Virus record (IMG/VR): IMGVR_UViG_3300021138_000020
Reading direction: 5' to 3' (one strand)
DNA: 64,000 nucleotides
Source: an uncultured virus (IMG/VR IMGVR_UViG_3300021138_000020)
Lineage: Duplodnaviria > Heunggongvirae > Uroviricota > Caudoviricetes
Shown: piece after piece, positions 59,642-64,000 of the stretch
Layout of the letters: each line of letters starts with the position of its first letter
Numbering within the stretch: the first letter of the stretch is position 1
Translations under genes and position numbers: made by a program
Notes under the pieces: model-generated
What the model was told of the DNA's origin: nothing
What the model saw: the letters and a program-made list of their open reading frames with translations, nothing else
Database searches by the model: none

Positions 59642-60436
59642 ATGAAACATTTCATATATAAAACATCCCATCCTAATGGAAAATACTATATTGGTAGACA
59701 TAGTACTGATAATGAAAACGACGGATATATTGGTTCAGGACGCTGGCCGAGTTCTATAAAAGATAAATCCATTCTTACCAGAGAAATATTGGAATATTTT
59801 TCAGATCAACAGTCTTTAATAGAGGCTGAAGATAGGTATCTTGCAGAACATTTCGGAAAACTAAATTGTATGAATATGAGTAATAGAGGTACTGGTGCCC
59901 CCGTTGGCGATTCAAATCCTATGAAACGATCCGAAGTTAAGGAAAAGTTTAAAGGTGATAATCATTGGACTCATACACAACCAGAAAAACGTGAACAGAT
60001 CAGAGATCTACAAATAGAAAAATATAAAAAAGGTATTCATGTATGGTCTAAAGATCATCCAAATAAAGGCGGATCAGTATCGCGAAATACTGTTAAACAA
60101 GGAAGAAATATCTTTCAAACTAATAATCCTAGTATATGGCGCAGCGAACAAGGTATACACCATTGGCAAGATGGAAAAAGTCCAAACGCTGATGGAAAAT
60201 TAAATAAGAAATTAGTTGAAGAAGGTCGACATAACTTTCTAGGTGCTGAACTTAATAATAAACGTATTGCAGAAGGTACACATAATTTTGTAGGTAGTGA
60301 AAGCAATCTTAAAAGATTAGCCGAAGGACGACATCCAAGTCAACAAAAGAAAATATGTGAGCATTGCGGTAAAGAATCTAGTATAGGTATGTACGTAAGA
60401 TGGCATGGTGATAAATGTAAAGGAAAAACAAAATGA
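59642..60436 (+). mobile_element. Free-standing GIY-YIG (Seg-like) homing endonuclease gene
   Basis: FIYKT..GKYYIGRHST..DGYIGSG, REILE, NPM, repeated G.H.F units, C-terminal CEHCG...RWHGDKC. Confidence 0.85.
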
Positions 60437-60618
60437 ACTCAAGGCAATATGAAAAAATGATGAGAGATGTATTAAATGAAGCTTTGGAACAAGCAGGTAT
60501 TAGCATTGCAGATTGTAATGGTATTAGTTTAAGTGCAGATAGAACGGAATATGAACTTAACTTAAAAGACGGTTCGACTACAATAATACCTAGCGGATTG
60601 CCCTATCTTGAGGATTGA
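60433..60618 (+). CDS. Small hypothetical protein
   Basis: ATGA overlap; SD AAGGA. Confidence 0.55.
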   Translation: MNSRQYEKMMRDVLNEALEQAGISIADCNGISLSADRTEYELNLKDGSTTIIPSGLPYLED

Positions 60619-60711
60619 CTAAATAACACTGTTCGCTCTTAACGGAGAGTTTATGCAGAAATCCAACTGCGTAGATCATAGAACGGTCTTAAACATTAAG
60701 GAGAAAACAAA

Positions 60712-61611
60712 ATGGGACGTCCTCTAAAAGCAAGATATTTCGTAAAAAGCGGTGCTAAAGACACTAGCTATGCAGTAAAATATGAAGGTGTTACAATTGC
60801 GGTATCAAACACAGGTTCGCACTATTCACAAGCTGCTACTATTGTAATTTCTGGTCCAGACGCATCTGGTGATAGTGTAAATGCCACAGCTTCTATTACT
60901 ATTGCTTCGCCTACTGCCAACGGCGGCATTACTGGTGCTACAATCACTAATCCAGGTGCTGGTTATTCTAGCAATCCTACAGTTAGTATTATTAAACCTG
61001 CTACTGTAAACTTTGCCGGAGCTACCTCTGGTGTCAATACAAGAAATACATTTACTGTATCAACAACTGCCGGACTTAGTGTAGGTATGTTGATTTCTGG
61101 TGCTGCAACTGGTATCAGCGGTTATATTACTGCTATCAACGGCAACATCATTTCTTCTACACAAAACAACAACGGTTCTTGGTCTAGTGCAACTAACCTA
61201 GTATTCAGCGATGCTGGTACTGGTGCAGTATTCGCAACTGGTCTAACACACTTAGAAACTGATGTTGGAACAATTGCTGCTACAGCTTATTTGTCAACAG
61301 GCAGCAGCGCAACGGCATCTGCTATCCTTAAACAACACGGTGCTCGTAGCTATCTAGTAGAAAGCGATCAAGGTCGCGGTGTTGTTAAATTAACTACTTC
61401 TACAGTCGTAGCTGGCACAATGCAAATTGTTGCCAAAGATGGCAATGGTAATAGCTATACAGTTCAAAAGCTAACAGGCAAAAAAGCCAGCCTATGGCGC
61501 AAAACACAAAACGGTGCTAACGCTTGGTTATTTGCCAATGACTCAGTTGCTGGTTGGGTTCTAGGATGGGCTAATGCTACCTCTACCAAAGTTGGTATTC
61601 AATCTAATTAA
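60712..61611 (+). CDS. Virion structural protein (head/neck decoration-like)
   Basis: Late promoter, SD TAAGGAG, MGRPL start, ITNPGAGY..P.V beta-rich motif. Confidence 0.65.
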   Translation: MGRPLKARYFVKSGAKDTSYAVKYEGVTIAVSNTGSHYSQAATIVISGPDASGDSVNATASITIASPTANGGITGATITNPGAGYSSNPTVSIIKPATVNFAGATSGVNTRNTFTVSTTAGLSVGMLISGAATGISGYITAINGNIISSTQNNNGSWSSATNLVFSDAGTGAVFATGLTHLETDVGTIAATAYLSTGSSATASAILKQHGARSYLVESDQGRGVVKLTTSTVVAGTMQIVAKDGNGNSYTVQKLTGKKASLWRKTQNGANAWLFANDSVAGWVLGWANATSTKVGIQSN

Positions 61612-61632
61612 TTAGATTTTACTGCTAATTAG

Positions 61633-61657
61633 AAAGGACTCTTCGGAGTCCTTTTTT
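61633..61657 (+). terminator. Intrinsic terminator
   Basis: AAAGGACTC-TTCG-GAGTCCTTT followed by TTT. Confidence 0.9.
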
Positions 61658-61694
61658 GTTTTATCTACATATAAAAAATTATGGTAAATATAGG

Positions 61695-62198
61695 ATGACC
61701 ACTCCTACCATTGTATCTCAATATGCAGAAGATTCGTCTCACATTGAGTGGAATAACAATATAACTGATTTAAAATATAGTGCAGGTGTTATAGGAGTTA
61801 GCACCGTTAAGCCTTTATTGCATATTAGTCGCCAACCAAGAAATGACATTACCATGCAGACTTGGTATATAAAGGCCACAGGATTTAATTTTACCAATCT
61901 CCCTCAACAAATTTCCGGCATCACTGTAACCATTGCCATGGAAAGACATGGTAGAGTCACAGATGATACTGTTCAATTGTGTTATCAGGATGAACCCATT
62001 GGCGAGAATCTTGCATTTTTAACTTGGGATCCTACTACAGTTTATGGCGGAGTTACTAATACCTGGAAGGTTAAGAACCTATCTGCAGCAATGGTTCAAG
62101 ATTCTAGCTTTGGTTTACTGTTAAGATATCAAAGCCATCCTCGTTGGCCGCACAGCACTGTTCCTATCATTAGGTCGATTGATATGCAGGTAAGCTGA
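61695..62198 (+). CDS. Hypothetical late protein
   Basis: TAAATA at 61685-90; ATG at 61695. Confidence 0.6.
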   Translation: MTTPTIVSQYAEDSSHIEWNNNITDLKYSAGVIGVSTVKPLLHISRQPRNDITMQTWYIKATGFNFTNLPQQISGITVTIAMERHGRVTDDTVQLCYQDEPIGENLAFLTWDPTTVYGGVTNTWKVKNLSAAMVQDSSFGLLLRYQSHPRWPHSTVPIIRSIDMQVS

Positions 62199-62228
62199 AC
62201 CAATAAATACTCTAAAGGAATGTAATAA

Positions 62229-64000
62229 ATGTCAGGAACACGGGTATCAGGCACAAGAATAATCCCCCCAAGTGCACAGAATGGACAAGGATCTAGCAAT
62301 CAGTCTATTCAGTCGCCTTACGGAAATATTCAACTAGTTACTAGTGCAACTGGTCATTTAGTAGTCAGTAATTCATTCACCACTGTAGGTACCACAGGTA
62401 ATACAAATCCCAATGTTGGTAGTTCTTGCAGTCCACAGGGTCAAGACCCTATGGGTATTGATCAAGGAACTTACTACAGTACCACCGCTCAACGTCAAAT
62501 GGCGCAGGCCTATTTTGGCGGCGGAGTTGGTGTTGAAAAAGATCTAGCTGTAGGTGGATACATCTACGGACGTCTTGCTCGTGCTACCAACGGTGGTATT
62601 AGTACTGCTACTGATTCTATATTTGTTTACTCTACAAGTAGCAATCAAGACTACTATATTTCATTCACTGATAGTTTAAACAGTGATGCTTATCTTTGGG
62701 GTAATGCTGCATTAACTTATAATGCAGCTACAGGCAGATTAACTGCATCGAAAGTTTTAATATCATCAACTACTGCTACGACTAGCACAGACAGTGGTGC
62801 ACTAGTAGTAGATGGCGGTGTTGGCATAGGCGGAGATATTACTCTAGGCGGTGTATTGTATGCAGGGGAAACTTTTGCCGATGATTATCTAACCACAGTC
62901 TATGAAAACTTCTTAAAACTACCTGCTAGCTCGGGCAATGTAGCCATAGGTGCAGGCACAACTGATGTATTCGGTGACCTTCGTGTTCGTGGTAAGAATC
63001 CAATTGGTACTGCACCGGTTGTAACTAATATCTTATACGTTACCATGGACGGTGATGATACCAACGATGGGCGTGCACAAGATCCTAGTCGTGCTTGCCG
63101 CACTATCAGTGGCGCTATTCGCAGTCCGTTCTATCAATCAGGTACACAGATTAAAGTTAGTCCTGGAAAATATCTAGAAAATAATCCTATTCTATTAAAG
63201 CCCTATACCAGTGTAGTAGGTAGCGACTTAAGAACAACCAGCATTGAGCCAATTAATAAGACACAGGATTTATTCCATTTAACATCTGGCTGCTATCTCA
63301 GCAACATGCAGTTCTTAAATGGCCGCAGTGGCCTACTACCGGGTCGCTATGACACTGGTTATAACCGTGGTGCGTATGCAACGGCATTTCCTATCAGCAT
63401 CAGTACTGATACCAGTACATTAATTGACATTTATCACAGTCCCTACATACAAAACTGTACCAACCTAACTGGACCTTGGTTAAAAGATGGTACATTGTTT
63501 GTACCTAATCAAACAGTTCAACTACCACTGGCCGTAGGAACAGGTACATGGATTGCAAATACCAGTAGCATTGTAATTACAACTTCTTCTGGTCAACTCA
63601 CAGTGGGCATGACCATTAACCAAGGACAGCAAAATCCCGGATTCTTTAATGCTCGTACATTGTTATTGGCCAATAAAAAGTTCCTACAAGAACAAATTAT
63701 TGCTTGGATCAGCACTACCTATCCTAGTTTTGTTTATAACACTGCCTACTGCTATAGAGATGTTGGCATTATTGTAGAAAATGTTGCCTATGATGCTGCC
63801 TTCGGTGGCAATGCAAATAGTGTTGCTTCCGGACTGGCCTACTGGCGCGGTACTACCAGTGTAATTCAAGGTGAAACTACACAAACTGTTGCAGCAATAA
63901 ATCAACTGCTAACATGGTGTTTAGACATTATTGCAAATACATCTACAGGATTATCTGCAATAACCGCTGCACAGGTTATTAACACAGCATTAACTGGAGG
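62229..64000 (+). CDS. Large virion structural/fibre protein, 3'-truncated (missing from the ORF track)
   Basis: TAAATA 62204-09, SD AAGGA, ATG 62229 (MSGTRVSG...). Contains GALVVDGGVGIGG, ILYVTMDGDDTNDG...ACRTI and CYRDVG motifs; runs off the window. Confidence 0.75.
   Translation, partial: MSGTRVSGTRIIPPSAQNGQGSSNQSIQSPYGNIQLVTSATGHLVVSNSFTTVGTTGNTNPNVGSSCSPQGQDPMGIDQGTYYSTTAQRQMAQAYFGGGVGVEKDLAVGGYIYGRLARATNGGISTATDSIFVYSTSSNQDYYISFTDSLNSDAYLWGNAALTYNAATGRLTASKVLISSTTATTSTDSGALVVDGGVGIGGDITLGGVLYAGETFADDYLTTVYENFLKLPASSGNVAIGAGTTDVFGDLRVRGKNPIGTAPVVTNILYVTMDGDDTNDGRAQDPSRACRTISGAIRSPFYQSGTQIKVSPGKYLENNPILLKPYTSVVGSDLRTTSIEPINKTQDLFHLTSGCYLSNMQFLNGRSGLLPGRYDTGYNRGAYATAFPISISTDTSTLIDIYHSPYIQNCTNLTGPWLKDGTLFVPNQTVQLPLAVGTGTWIANTSSIVITTSSGQLTVGMTINQGQQNPGFFNARTLLLANKKFLQEQIIAWISTTYPSFVYNTAYCYRDVGIIVENVAYDAAFGGNANSVASGLAYWRGTTSVIQGETTQTVAAINQLLTWCLDIIANTSTGLSAITAAQVINTALTG

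Noticed and set aside
1..64000. Alternative genetic code, tRNA genes, integrase
   Set aside because: Long ORFs tile the window under the standard code; I saw no tRNA cloverleaf or recombinase by eye (a tRNAscan run would be needed to be sure)

Overview
This window is 64 kb of a large, AT-rich, T4-related (far-T4-like) myovirus genome. It has no bacterial chromosomal genes, and I recognised no tRNAs or CRISPR arrays. Region 1-16.3 kb (+) holds replication and nucleotide genes: the PolB C-terminus, a 2OG-Fe(II) oxygenase, a probable clamp, RNase H, a MoxR ATPase/VWA pair and thyA. It also holds a 7-deazaguanine DNA-modification cluster with a TGT-fold DpdA-like protein, a QueD-like protein carrying the DpdL-type LxxxHRHxF motif, a glycosyltransferase, a cupin, MazG and QueE. 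Region 16.3-41.7 kb (-) is a tail-fibre/baseplate block with a collagen fibre, a 3716-aa protein, and gp6, gp25, gp5-GH19, gp53 and gp48/54-like genes. Region 41.8-47.5 kb (+) encodes a gp55-like late sigma factor, gp47/gp46 and two GIY-YIG genes (one frameshifted), followed by a ~450-nt densely structured non-coding element. Region 47.5-64 kb has probable internal head proteins, a gp26/gp51-like pair linked by a perfect -1 slippery site, tape measure, portal, protease, scaffold, major capsid, a Seg-like endonuclease and further virion proteins. The best leads are the large structured ncRNA candidate behind the GIY-YIG genes, the deazaguanine cluster with extra tailoring enzymes, the gp26/gp51 programmed frameshift, and TAAATA-N5-ATG leaderless late genes. 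All calls come from reading motifs by eye; no searches were run.
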